Source: Paraspadella gotoi (Eukaryota; Animalia; Chaetognatha). From it: a stretch of 64,000 bases of DNA. Location of the stretch: contig CM119270.1 in the NCBI GenBank assembly GCA_051294375.1, positions 16,923,904 to 16,987,903 of the forward strand, written 5' to 3'. This document shows positions 53,271 to 64,000 of the stretch, in pieces. Under the pieces are notes generated by a model, which was not told where the DNA came from, made no database searches, and saw only the letters and a program-made list of their open reading frames with translations. The position numbers were made by a program, and so were the translations under genes. Every line of letters starts with the position of its first letter. The stretch's first letter is position 1.

Positions 53271-53355
53271 GATTTGAAGACGAGTTACTTTTGATTTCAT
53301 TGCCTGAATTGGTCAATTGCCAGTCAGTAATAGTGCCTTGGCTCGTCTTCAAATC
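53271..53355 (+). other. Long stem-loop in the Ly6 gene 3' UTR
   Basis: Perfect 14-bp inverted repeat GATTTGAAGACGAG / CTCGTCTTCAAATC plus inner pairing. Confidence 0.6.
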
Positions 53356-54321
53356 GACATGTTAGGTTTTTTTTAATTTTAACCCCAGTGATAAATTGTA
53401 ATCCCCATTTGGTGCTTTAAGACTTAGTGGTAGGTGCCACCTCGTAGTCAATCATTTGTTTTTACTTTCTCGTTTGTTGTTCCACTTTTACACTTTTCCG
53501 TTTTTGACTGTTAATTTTTTGTTAATTGCCTGTTAAATAGAATAAATTAAGTGTATTGATAGATATCTTTTTTGTCTCGCACGTTTGCGTCCAATTTTGA
53601 GAACAATTTTATTTTTCGTAGTTTTTTTAATTCGGCATGCAAAGGTTTGCTTCATTCAGTGATCAGATACATTTTTAATTGGCTGGTCGTTTGTTTATTT
53701 TAGAAATATTCTTCTAAAAGATAATCTATTTGCTTTTTCCAAAAAATAAAGATAAGAGGTTTTTTTTTCCCCCCCAAGTGTTCTGCTTGCTTGAATCCAA
53801 TATCTTTTTAAGTTCGTTTTATTTCTACAGGGGAAAATGTGATGAAACGTTCACAAAGGAAATTGAAAAAGAAAAAAAAACACGAAAAAATGAAACCACG
53901 CCTAGAATTACCGGTCACGAAATAAAAAAAAGTTAACTTTGTTATAGGAAATTTATCGTTTAACTAAACCACTTCTTTATTAAAAAAAATTGAATCGCCT
54001 CGTTTTATTATCACTCCGCCGAACGGGATTACTCGTTATACAAACAAGTTATGCATTACGTTACTGGTTCACGAATGATAGCACGTTTTATTTTTAGTCT
54101 CCATCGTTAAATCCTCAATCGCACCCGACGTTTTTGGGGAAAAAAAATTAAACCTGCAAGTTAATCCTCTAATGATAAATAATATACCGGCTTTTCGAAA
54201 GTCCTCCTTTAAAAGCAATGAAACTCAAGTTAAAAAAAGTCTGATGGATTACCCCGATCAAACTACCACGGAAAACGTCGGTAAAAAAGTGGTCGTCTAG
54301 AAACTGCGGAAATTAGGAGTG

Positions 54322-57300
54322 ATGATTAAACATTCCTCTCCCATCGTCATGGAAAGACTTTGGTCGATACCCTCGACCCGCGGCAGCAACGATGGGAGTT
54401 TTGTGATTATGTTATCGACAATCGTCATCGTCGTCTTCCTCTCCTTCAGTCTTCCAGGGGCCGAAGGCATCACTTCTACCGATGTCGCGACTTTCTCTCG
54501 GGGCGTGACGAAAAAATCCGAGAAACGCTCGCCGCCTACGCCTCATCTTTTCAACCACCTACGCTTGCACTTTCGCCGCCCCCGGCAGTCAGCCAGAAGC
54601 GACGCCTCGCCTCGACTCCGCCGTACCGCAGATGGCGGGAGCGCCGTCGTCAAACGCGACGCCGACGCGCCGGCGATGAACGGAAGTTTCATCAATCCGA
54701 TCGACCCTGGTGAAGTTTCCATTCATGGGCCGGCTTCGTCTTCCTCTGCCTACTCGTGGCGCGCTGGTCCATGGGGCGATTGCGATTCGAGCTCCTGCGG
54801 CGACGGCGGCCTTCAGTCTCGCTCCCTCAAATGCGTTCACACGGATGGCGAGTGGGAAGCGCATTTTCTTTACTGTGCCGAACTCTCTCGTCCGCAGATG
54901 AAGCGCTCCTGCTTTAAGGTTTGCGACGTGCATCGGCAGTGGCTCAGATGGGACAAGACGCACTGGAGCGAATGCGAGCTGGAGGACGTCGCCGATCGCC
55001 GGGCCCAGCGCCTCGTTGATGGATTTCTCGGTGTTAATGGAGATGACCTTGATGCCCCACTCAACTGTCAAGGCGTTCAGCGTGGCATCCAGCGCCGAGA
55101 CGTGGCCTGCAAGGATCAACGCACCAATCGCGTACATGAAGATTACGTATGCTCCCATTTTGCATCCAAGCCAGAAGTCACCAAATTGTGCGTCCTGCCC
55201 TGTCCTCAAAACTGTGTGGTAACGGATTTTGGAGCATGGTCGCCCTGTGACTGCACCACAACATACCGCAGTAAAACTCGACGTGTGGTTGTACCACCGC
55301 TGAATGGAGGAAAATCTTGCCCACCTCTTTCCATCGTTGGCCTTTGCCCTAAATCATCCGAGTGTCGTCATGATCTTCAGGCCTTATCATACAAGTTTCA
55401 GGTTGGCCACTGGGGTCCTTGTCGCAGTGATGCCGACTCAGAAGGCCGCGGGACTGGTATTCAAATGAGAGATGTTTTTTGTGTTGATATTCAAGGAAGA
55501 TCCATCGATGAAACCCTTTGTGAAAAGTTTTTGGGTCAAGCGCCCTTTCGTCTCAGAGCTTGTGTCATTCCCCGCCATTGTGAGGTAACTCAGTGGAGTG
55601 AATGGCAACCTGTAAATGCTTCCTGCCTTCACAAAGTCGACGATGACGACATAACCGTTCAAATGGGCCACAACAGTCGGCATCGCACCATTCGCCAACT
55701 CTCTATGGGCCATGGCGAGAGTTGCCCTCATCTGCTTGAGACAGAGCAAATTAGATCCGTCCAGGGGTTTTTGCCAAGTTGCCCAACTTATAAGTGGGCC
55801 TCAACTAATTGGACTAACTGCCTGGTTGATCAGAGGATTGAGGAGGCGGCTAAAAAAGATTCTGGTGAGACGATTGACTCAAATAACAATGCTGAAAGTA
55901 TTAATAATTTTGTATGTGGAGGAGGTCGGCAATTCAGGACAGTCTTTTGTGTTCGGGAACAAGATGATGTCCCAGTGGATGATGACAAGTGCTCTAGGGA
56001 GAAGCCTGAAACAGAACGCGATTGTACTGTCCTTTGTGCCAATAAATGTATTGTTAGTGAATGGAGTCAGTGGAGTCAATGTAAGCCACAGATCTGTGTT
56101 GAAGGCGCCAAAAAGAACAGGCGTGGTTACAGAACACGAGTTCGTGGTGTCATTCAAGAACCAAAAGAAGGGGTAGCGGAATGCCCAAGAACAGAGGAGA
56201 CCCAACAGTGCACTTATCCAACCTGCTATTTCTGGAATGCAACCTCTTTCACCAAATGCGTTCCAGACAAGGGAGGTACTTGTGGCGATGGTGTTAAGAC
56301 AAGATCAGTGCAGTGCATCCAATTCCTTTTACCACAAGAGGTTGTCATGGATGAAAAGTGCCACACATTGGATGAGCCCAAGCCTAATGAAAAGGAACCT
56401 TGTCATATACCATGCCCGAATGATTGTGTGGTGTCTCAGTGGAGTGCATGGTCAACGTGCTCTCGCCCTTGTGGGGTTGGACGCCAAGCTGGGAGGAGAA
56501 CGCGCCGACGACGTATAATAGCGCCACCAAATGAAGCAGGGAAGCCTTGTCCACGAGAAATTGGTCAAGAGGAATTGTGCAATGAATTTGACTGTCGAAC
56601 ATTTTATTGGCACACAAGCGCATGGGGAGCTTGCAAGCTGAACGACCCACAAAACGACGGCAGACATGGCATGCGCATACGTGATGTCGACTGTTACAAG
56701 GTGGGTGGAGCCCGCGTGCAACGAAAAAAATGCGATGGACGCATACAACCTTTGGCAAAAGAAGAATGTACCATTCCTTCCCCGAGAGGTTGCCAATTAT
56801 CTCACTGGTCTGAATGGAGCTCATGCTCTCGAACTTGTCTTGAGCGCCAACTTATTATCACTGATGTCTCTGTCAAGGGTGGTTCTGCAGATGGAGCCAC
56901 CAGTGACAGCGCCACTGGTGTGTCATTGAGAAATGCCCCTTTTCAAGAGAGATTTCGTGCTGTTCTTCAAGAACCAGAACCAGATGGAGAAGCGTGTCCA
57001 AATAATTTAAGAGAGGTGCGTGCATGCCTGGATGTGCCGAAATGTCACACATACAGATGGGAAGTTGCCAAGTGGAGCGACTGTTTGTTGGCTCCCAATG
57101 AAGTTTGTGGCCTCGGAGTAAAAATGAGAGATGCGCGATGCAAAAGATCGGACGGCCGTATTGTCACTTCCGACTCTTGTGTTGGTATTGCTGGACCATT
57201 GCCTATAACACATATTGGCTGCAATGTAACATGTGACAATGAGTGTCAAGTTTCTGAGTGGTCGGAGTGGTCAGCTTGCTCCAATGGCTGCTCTGGCTAT

Positions 57301-59994
57301 AAAGAAAGAACTCGAAGCATTATTGGTCGTCGCTACAAAAAGGATCAGTGTAAAAAATTGGAAGATTCAGTGACATTGATTCAAAGTGAAATATGCCTTT
57401 GTCCCATTTTTATGGCACATCCAGTAGGAGAATGGTCATCATGCATCCTGCCTCAAAAGCATGTCATTGCCCTCAATTCGGTTGAAAAGTTTCAAACTCA
57501 AAACTGTGGTGAAGGGGTTAAATACAAAGCAGTCATGTGTCGCGATTCCTCTGGTTGGCTTGAGGAACCTAAAAGATGCTCAAAAACGGGTTTTATTGAA
57601 GAAAAATGTTTTGTACCCTGTCCTTCAGATTGTCAAATGACTAGTTGGTCATCTTGGTCTGAATGTAGTATCATATGCGGTTTAGGTGAACGAACCAGAC
57701 AGAGAAAGCTCGTGAGACAAGCTTATGATGGTGGTCGTCCTTGTCCTATGAATGGTACAGTTGAGATTCAAAAGCATCCTTGCTTTCAACCATGTACTCA
57801 ATATGATTGGTCTTATGGGGCTTGGTCAGATTGTGACATTACCAACAGATCATCTGTTTTAATTTTTGCTGGAACAATAACTTGTGGAACTGGAAATCAA
57901 GTGCGAGAAGTTACTTGTGTTGAAAAAGATACTATGGGAAACTATATTGATGTTGTCAATGATACTTTTTGCGATTCAATTCGCCGGCCTCCAGCTTTCA
58001 AATCTTGCGCACTCCCATGCCCAGGTCAATGCGTAGTTTCAGAATGGAGCGAATGGTCTTCTTGCAACGATGATTGCATCTTCCAACAGACTCGTAACAG
58101 ATTACGAGAAGTTGTACGTCAGCCCGATCCAACTGGAACTGATCCCTCACTTTTGCTCTGCCCTCCTTTACAAGAGACAGAGGACTGTCGCCTTGGTCTA
58201 AGCTGCTTTGAATACCGATGGAATCTCAGCTCGTGGAGCAATTGTATGCTTGATGATGGAGCTTTTTGTGGCCGGGGCAAGCGGGTTCGTTTTCTTCGAT
58301 GCCTCCGAGTTTTTGACAACCGGGACATGCCCTTAGATTACTGCAAACGTATGGGGAAGAGGCCCATACCTCCTGAAAAAAAGATTAAGGAAATCTGCGA
58401 GGTTCCATGCCCTAGCGATTGCAAATTAACAGAATGGAGTGCCTGGTCCGATTGCCCTGCCCCATCTTCTCCCTGTCGTGCCAAAAATCCTCGCTACGCC
58501 AAGAGAATCCGATCAATCCTCCGACGCCCGGTGGGTAAAGGCCGGGCTTGTCCGCTCGTACTGGAGCAACGAAAAGCCTGCCCCGTCGAGTTGTGCTTTA
58601 CCGTCGTCAAGGGTGAATGGTCGCCCTGTGAGGTGGAAGCCGGCGCCTGTGGAGAGGGCATCAAACGACGTGAGGTTTGGTGTCAGCGCGAGGACGGCCA
58701 GCGTGTCGATTTTCAGTTCTGTTCTCGGCAACTTGCCGAGGAACGGAGGCGGGAAAAAAAGGAGATCGGCGCCCCCGACGACCCTGCTGGCTCTGGATTC
58801 GCGTCATCGCCGTCATCTGTAGGCGTCACCGGCGGAGTCATCCGCAAACACAAACAGATAATTGAGGCGCCTCTGGAGACGGAGGCGACGTGCCACGTGC
58901 CTTGTCCCGAGGATTGCCAAGTTAGTGAGTGGTCGCAGTGGTCTGAATGTGTTGGTCAATGCAGCGGCGGCGCCACTGACCACTCTCCGCCGACACAAGG
59001 TCGAAGGGTCCGCTCCCGCGCCGTTCTCTTTCACCCTGGTTCTCCCTCTTCCCAACTCTCTTGCGTCTCCTCCCTCTACGAAACGCGGCCCTGCGACGAT
59101 CCTCAATGTTACTCTTTCGAGTGGCAGGTCGGCGCCTGGCGCTCCGATCACTCCCGCCAAGTCTGGTGCCAGCGCCTATCAGCGTCAGTGAACGCAGCGC
59201 CGTCTCTCGTCGGCCACCATCGGCCGGCGGCGCCTCGCGTCGGCGGCCTAAACGTCACTGGCGGATGCAAGGAGGACGAGAAGCCTCCTTCCCGTTACGA
59301 GTGTGGGCCACTGCCTGGACGGCTCGCCCGCGCCGAAGACGAGAAGGAAGTCATCGGCGATGGAGACAAAAACACCCATTTGGGTTGTCAAGTGCCTAAC
59401 GCGGTCTGCAGCAACGGCCGCTGCGTCTGCCTGGGCGACTTCGCCAACCACCGCAACAAATCCACGGGCGTCTTGATCGCCTGCCTGAAAGGAAAGCAGC
59501 GCCATCACCACCGCGTCGCCGACGACTTCAATCAAAATGTCAGAGACACTTTAGCGGTGGAGAATCATCGGGAGGATGACGACGACGTCGACAGCAAGAA
59601 CGATGTCGGCGACTACGACTCTCGCCTCTTCAGCTGGGGCGACAGTTCCGTGACTCACCTCATGGAGACCATCCATCACTACCCCCCCTCCAACGGCGTC
59701 GACGACCTTCTCCATCATCCCCTCTTTCCCCGCCCCGACCTTCCGCCGCAGCCGCCGGACGAGGACGGCTTCGGGCGACACCATCCGGTCGGCGACGACG
59801 GCCTTTTGACTTTCGGCGGCGGCGGCGGCGGCGCCGGCGGGGAGCGGCGTGACGACACTCGGCGTCGCGAGATCGGTTTCGCGCCCAATAGACTCTGGTT
59901 GTACGCCGTCGTCACGGCCTCCTGCGTGCTCCTCGTGTTTCTCTCCATCGCGCTTTACATTTCCTGGACTCGTTGTAGGATAAATACCACTTGA
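54322..59994 (+). CDS. THSD7: Thrombospondin type-1 domain-containing protein 7 (THSD7A/B-like), single coding exon, about 1890 aa
   Basis: Uninterrupted ORF with alternating TSP1 repeats (W..G.WG.C...G.Q.R.V.C and C.VSEWS.WS.C...R.R), an N-terminal hydrophobic signal, a small Cys module near the C-terminus and TM helix LWLYAVVTASCVLLVFLSIALYISW. The start could be ATG 54322, 54349 or 54409. Confidence 0.9.
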   Translation: MIKHSSPIVMERLWSIPSTRGSNDGSFVIMLSTIVIVVFLSFSLPGAEGITSTDVATFSRGVTKKSEKRSPPTPHLFNHLRLHFRRPRQSARSDASPRLRRTADGGSAVVKRDADAPAMNGSFINPIDPGEVSIHGPASSSSAYSWRAGPWGDCDSSSCGDGGLQSRSLKCVHTDGEWEAHFLYCAELSRPQMKRSCFKVCDVHRQWLRWDKTHWSECELEDVADRRAQRLVDGFLGVNGDDLDAPLNCQGVQRGIQRRDVACKDQRTNRVHEDYVCSHFASKPEVTKLCVLPCPQNCVVTDFGAWSPCDCTTTYRSKTRRVVVPPLNGGKSCPPLSIVGLCPKSSECRHDLQALSYKFQVGHWGPCRSDADSEGRGTGIQMRDVFCVDIQGRSIDETLCEKFLGQAPFRLRACVIPRHCEVTQWSEWQPVNASCLHKVDDDDITVQMGHNSRHRTIRQLSMGHGESCPHLLETEQIRSVQGFLPSCPTYKWASTNWTNCLVDQRIEEAAKKDSGETIDSNNNAESINNFVCGGGRQFRTVFCVREQDDVPVDDDKCSREKPETERDCTVLCANKCIVSEWSQWSQCKPQICVEGAKKNRRGYRTRVRGVIQEPKEGVAECPRTEETQQCTYPTCYFWNATSFTKCVPDKGGTCGDGVKTRSVQCIQFLLPQEVVMDEKCHTLDEPKPNEKEPCHIPCPNDCVVSQWSAWSTCSRPCGVGRQAGRRTRRRRIIAPPNEAGKPCPREIGQEELCNEFDCRTFYWHTSAWGACKLNDPQNDGRHGMRIRDVDCYKVGGARVQRKKCDGRIQPLAKEECTIPSPRGCQLSHWSEWSSCSRTCLERQLIITDVSVKGGSADGATSDSATGVSLRNAPFQERFRAVLQEPEPDGEACPNNLREVRACLDVPKCHTYRWEVAKWSDCLLAPNEVCGLGVKMRDARCKRSDGRIVTSDSCVGIAGPLPITHIGCNVTCDNECQVSEWSEWSACSNGCSGYKERTRSIIGRRYKKDQCKKLEDSVTLIQSEICLCPIFMAHPVGEWSSCILPQKHVIALNSVEKFQTQNCGEGVKYKAVMCRDSSGWLEEPKRCSKTGFIEEKCFVPCPSDCQMTSWSSWSECSIICGLGERTRQRKLVRQAYDGGRPCPMNGTVEIQKHPCFQPCTQYDWSYGAWSDCDITNRSSVLIFAGTITCGTGNQVREVTCVEKDTMGNYIDVVNDTFCDSIRRPPAFKSCALPCPGQCVVSEWSEWSSCNDDCIFQQTRNRLREVVRQPDPTGTDPSLLLCPPLQETEDCRLGLSCFEYRWNLSSWSNCMLDDGAFCGRGKRVRFLRCLRVFDNRDMPLDYCKRMGKRPIPPEKKIKEICEVPCPSDCKLTEWSAWSDCPAPSSPCRAKNPRYAKRIRSILRRPVGKGRACPLVLEQRKACPVELCFTVVKGEWSPCEVEAGACGEGIKRREVWCQREDGQRVDFQFCSRQLAEERRREKKEIGAPDDPAGSGFASSPSSVGVTGGVIRKHKQIIEAPLETEATCHVPCPEDCQVSEWSQWSECVGQCSGGATDHSPPTQGRRVRSRAVLFHPGSPSSQLSCVSSLYETRPCDDPQCYSFEWQVGAWRSDHSRQVWCQRLSASVNAAPSLVGHHRPAAPRVGGLNVTGGCKEDEKPPSRYECGPLPGRLARAEDEKEVIGDGDKNTHLGCQVPNAVCSNGRCVCLGDFANHRNKSTGVLIACLKGKQRHHHRVADDFNQNVRDTLAVENHREDDDDVDSKNDVGDYDSRLFSWGDSSVTHLMETIHHYPPSNGVDDLLHHPLFPRPDLPPQPPDEDGFGRHHPVGDDGLLTFGGGGGGAGGERRDDTRRREIGFAPNRLWLYAVVTASCVLLVFLSIALYISWTRCRINTT

Positions 59995-62900
59995 GCAGAA
60001 GAAAGAGGGAGAGTATAGGCGGGGAATGGGGGGAGAAACGAACAAATCGGTTCTTGTTATTTTAGACGCGCGCGAACTTATTTTGAACGAACATCGGTCC
60101 GACCCACCCTGCCCCCTTCCTTTTAAATTTCTTTTTTCCCCGGTCCTTTTTTCCCTTTCCTCCCGTACTCCGGTCGTTTCGCGGTGGTGTTTTTTATACG
60201 GCGATTATTTCTTGTAGTATATACTAAATACGATATCCGACGAAGATGACTATTTTTAGAGAACGGAAAAAAAAACGCTATTTAACTCGATCTATTATGA
60301 TTACTATCATTATCTAGCGTTTCACGTTTCACTTATTATTTATTCTTGCAATAATTCGAACAAGTGCGAAAAACAGTTGAAAATTATTGACGACGGTATG
60401 ACGAGGAGTGAAGTGCGTCGTTTTTCTTCCAACCCTTATGACTCGGAATTGATTATAAATTATATCTGAAAGGATCGTCCCGGTTTTACAATTGTACGAA
60501 AATTTAGTGTATCTCGTTAGTTGAGTAGCGTATTCGCGCGGTTATATTTTTATTATCTTTTCCGTTCTTCCATTTTTTTTCGATGATGGAACGCCAAACT
60601 ATGCATGACCATTTTTCGTTTTTCGGTAATTTCGAGATGCCTTTTCGCTTAAAAAAAAACTTTTTATATACGAATTGATTCGAAATATGGTAGAAAGATA
60701 TTGATCTTATTCTTCACCGATGCCCATTTTTAAGTTTTAAACAACGAAACTCTTATTCAATTTGTTCTTTTTGTTGATCTCTAATCGGCTTTACAAAATG
60801 TTTTTTGTTTGGTTTATCGCGGCTTTAATCGCGGATTTAAATGTACTTTTGGCATTATTACGGCTTTGACTTGATGGTTTGCTTACTTTATTTATAACTT
60901 AGTCTTGATCTCCCGGGGGATGTATGTAATTCCCAATAACGCGCCATAAAATTGACTGCAGATTTTTCTCTAAAATTTGTAAAAATTTGGTTTTACTATA
61001 TATTCGTTGTAAAAATTAATTTTTAATTTTTACCTAAAATATTAATGATTTTGATACGTAATAAAAAAAATGTTTTAAGTCTAAATACTACGAAGTACTT
61101 TTAGGTAAACAATATTTTTATTTAAATTTTCTTATTTCCCGCTATTTTTTAAATCATAAAAATACTCCAAAAATTTTATTATTGGATTAATTGATCTCAT
61201 ATGACTAAATGTTTTTTTACTTCGTTCCATTTTCAGTGGGAGAGAAAAAAATAGTTTTTAGCTTTACTTTTTCGTTTAGATAATTATTAAACAGTGACGG
61301 TTGTCGACTCTTCTAGTCAAATCTGTTATTTTTTTTCTAACATACGACTGATGTCGTTAAAAAGTTAAAATAAGGTAGATTTTTACATATCAGTATCAGG
61401 TTTCTAAATTTAGCTCGATTTAAAATGTAGTATTTTAGGAAAAAGTAAATTAAAATATTTATTTTAATCATTAAAAATTAAGAAAAGAATTATATTTTCA
61501 ATTGAAATATGTTTGGAAAATCATGACCCTCATGCATTTTCTTAAATTGCTTTTATACATTTTTTTCAATAAATTTTGTACCTTAAAGCATTGATCTCAT
61601 TTTACTTTTTAATTGGCATTATCTAGTCCACGGCGATTTTTATTTTATTAATCTTCTCTTTTAGTTGATATTTTTTTGTTTATTTGACGAAAAATTGAAA
61701 TACAAACAGCTGTGTACAATTTTATAAAAAAAAAATTATGCATGAAATATTAGTTACATGTCTTTGATATTTATTGAACCTGCCTTTCATAGTGCAAATC
61801 ACATTTAAATGTGAAATTAGATTTCAGAAAAAGAATTTTGCTTCTTGTTTGATCTTTTCCTGTCATTATCCTCATGTTTCATGTACAATTGAGATCAAGC
61901 ATAAGTGTCAGATGCTCCATTTTAAGCTATATATATAATTATTTATATATGGGTTTAAAAATGAAATCGTAGAAAAAAATTTCTTTGAACGTTGCGCGCA
62001 AGTATTTTCAGGTACATTCTTTTATGCTTAACTTAAAAGTATATTTTGTAGATTTAAGTAACATGCAAACCTACATTTTTATTTAAAGTTTTGTTATGAA
62101 TACTGATAATTTTTTTTTAATTTTCTTTGCTTTGGTTTTGATTTAGTTTTTATAACTTCAGGGCTAAAAAATCTGTTACCAGTATGACACATAATTTGTT
62201 GGAAATATTTATTTTTTAGACCCACCGTATTGACTGTAATTGATTTTATACAAATGCTAGGAATTAAGGGCTCACCTCTATCTCATCACATATCATAAAT
62301 AAGCCCATCTTTAGAAATCAACAAACCAATAGATGTCTTCAAACTTTCATTCTTTGAAACCATCATGAAATATTTTGTTATGATCTGGCATAACAGAATT
62401 TTTAGCCCTGTATTATTTGCTCTCGAAAACAAGGTTTTTGTTAATACCTATTTACATGGATATTTTCTGAAAATTATTTCTAAATCTTAATGTAAGTTGT
62501 CAATAAATTTTAAAAAGATAAAGGGTCAGATTTCCTTGATCAAACTTCCATATCCATGTTTTTATGGCTTTCCTTGTGTTTTAGAGCTGCCTTTCCCTTT
62601 CTTTCTTGCCTTTAACAGTGTTACAATTGACTGTTTAACAGTGAACGTTTTGAGTGAAAATGAATTTTTTATTGCAAAAAAGTTTTTCAACGAAAATTCT
62701 TTGTAAGAATAGTTTGTTCTTAACGGGATCAAATGCCATGTATTCTACGATGAAATAACATCATCTTTGCATATTTTTGGGGCAAATTATATTGCCTTCG
62801 TGTTAATGGTTGAAAGCATGAAATTTCAATTGTTGATTTCTCACTTATAAGTAATAATTGTATCATAGTTATCACTTACAAACTTTCCTCTAACATTCAA

Positions 62901-64000
62901 ACAGACTAATTTTTAAAAAAACAGAAATTCTGCTCTTTTCTTTTTCTGCTCTTTTTGATACATATACTAGAATTGCAAAGATAGCAGCAACAAATTCAAT
63001 TATCACATTGAAAAGCTTTGAATGGACGTAAATTGATTTTTTTTAATCAAAAAGTTATTGGCTATTATACTTAAAAATGCTTGATTTACATTATCATTCT
63101 TGCTATTATTACTACTACTATTATATAAGCACATAACTACATCATCATTCATTGATTATTGGAAATCATTGTTATTTCATGTTCTTTGTTTCATGTTACT
63201 TAGACAACCATCATTCATAATTTAACTTTTTTCTTGCAGAAATTCAAAATAAAAATTTGCTTCGGATATAAGTCCTTAATTGGGAAACTTCATGTGAAAA
63301 TTAAAACTCTGAATCAATCTTGTGTGAAAAGATTCTAGCGGTATCACTCAGCAAAGCATGTAACGCCTCCGAGAAAAAACTACCCTGGATTTGTTCTAAT
63401 GAAGAATAGGGTGAAGTGAAAGTTTGGAATCAAAATTTAGCAGTTATATCTTGAAAACTATCATATTAGTGAATACTAATCTGTAATTATTTTTCTTTTT
63501 TTATAAATATAGTAGCCCAGTCAGCTTATTTTGTATATAGTAATACCCATATATAATGTCAAAATTTCAAAATGTTTTTTTTTTAATTCTGAGAACAGAT
63601 TCAGATTCCTCGTTAAAAGTTAATAAAAGAAAGTATAAATCTTTTTCAAAAATTATGTCATTAAGTAGGTTAAAATTACAAAAAACTATATTTTTAAGCT
63701 GGAAATTTAAAATCGGCGTCTTAAATATAGTTTTTTACATTTTTGACTAACTTAATGAAAGAATTTTTTTCTTATAATAACTTTTTGCAAGGAATCCAAA
63801 TTCGATCTTAAAATTTAAAAATTTGTATTTTGAAATTTTAGCCTATTATATACTTATTACTATATATAAATATAGCTCACTGGTGCCCACTAATGTATAA
63901 AATTAAAAAATAAATTTACCAAAATATTTTTATTGGTTTTTATGTTCATGTTTTATATGCTAAATTTTAATTTTCTAAAATTTTATCATTTTCACATCAC

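Noticed and set aside
54360-60045. Many overlapping antisense or alternate-frame ORFs within THSD7 (likewise within WNK and brat)
   Set aside because: Shadow ORFs expected from GC-rich coding sequence; no recognisable domains.
61600-64000. Short ORFs in the AT-rich right end
   Set aside because: No coherent exon chain or protein motifs; treated as intergenic or UTR.

Overview
Genomic DNA from an intron-rich animal, probably a protostome invertebrate (inferred from a clear brat/NCL-1 orthologue and an invertebrate-type Ly6 gene). Exons are short and GC/CpG-rich; introns are AT-rich with many microsatellites. I reconstructed seven genes by hand from GT-AG boundaries and reading frame, all on the + strand: the 3' end of a doublecortin-like kinase, a WNK kinase, a type II membrane FkbM methyltransferase fused to a degenerate NodB/CE4-like domain, a SAFB/SLTM-like RRM protein, brat (TRIM-NHL), a GPI-anchored Ly6/uPAR protein and a THSD7 with an uninterrupted CDS. 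A Helentron-associated (DINE-1/HINE-like) element lies in a brat intron. The most promising leads are: (1) the methyltransferase fusion as a candidate Golgi glycan O-methyltransferase; (2) an in-phase hidden stop-containing exon in SAFB intron 1; (3) a Brat that retains a full C3HC4 RING; (4) the intronless THSD7 with a CpG-poor core and clustered bantam-seed matches downstream; (5) two structured-RNA candidates. Indels in the first DCLK exon and in WNK look like consensus errors. No database searches were run, so family calls rest on motifs I recognised.
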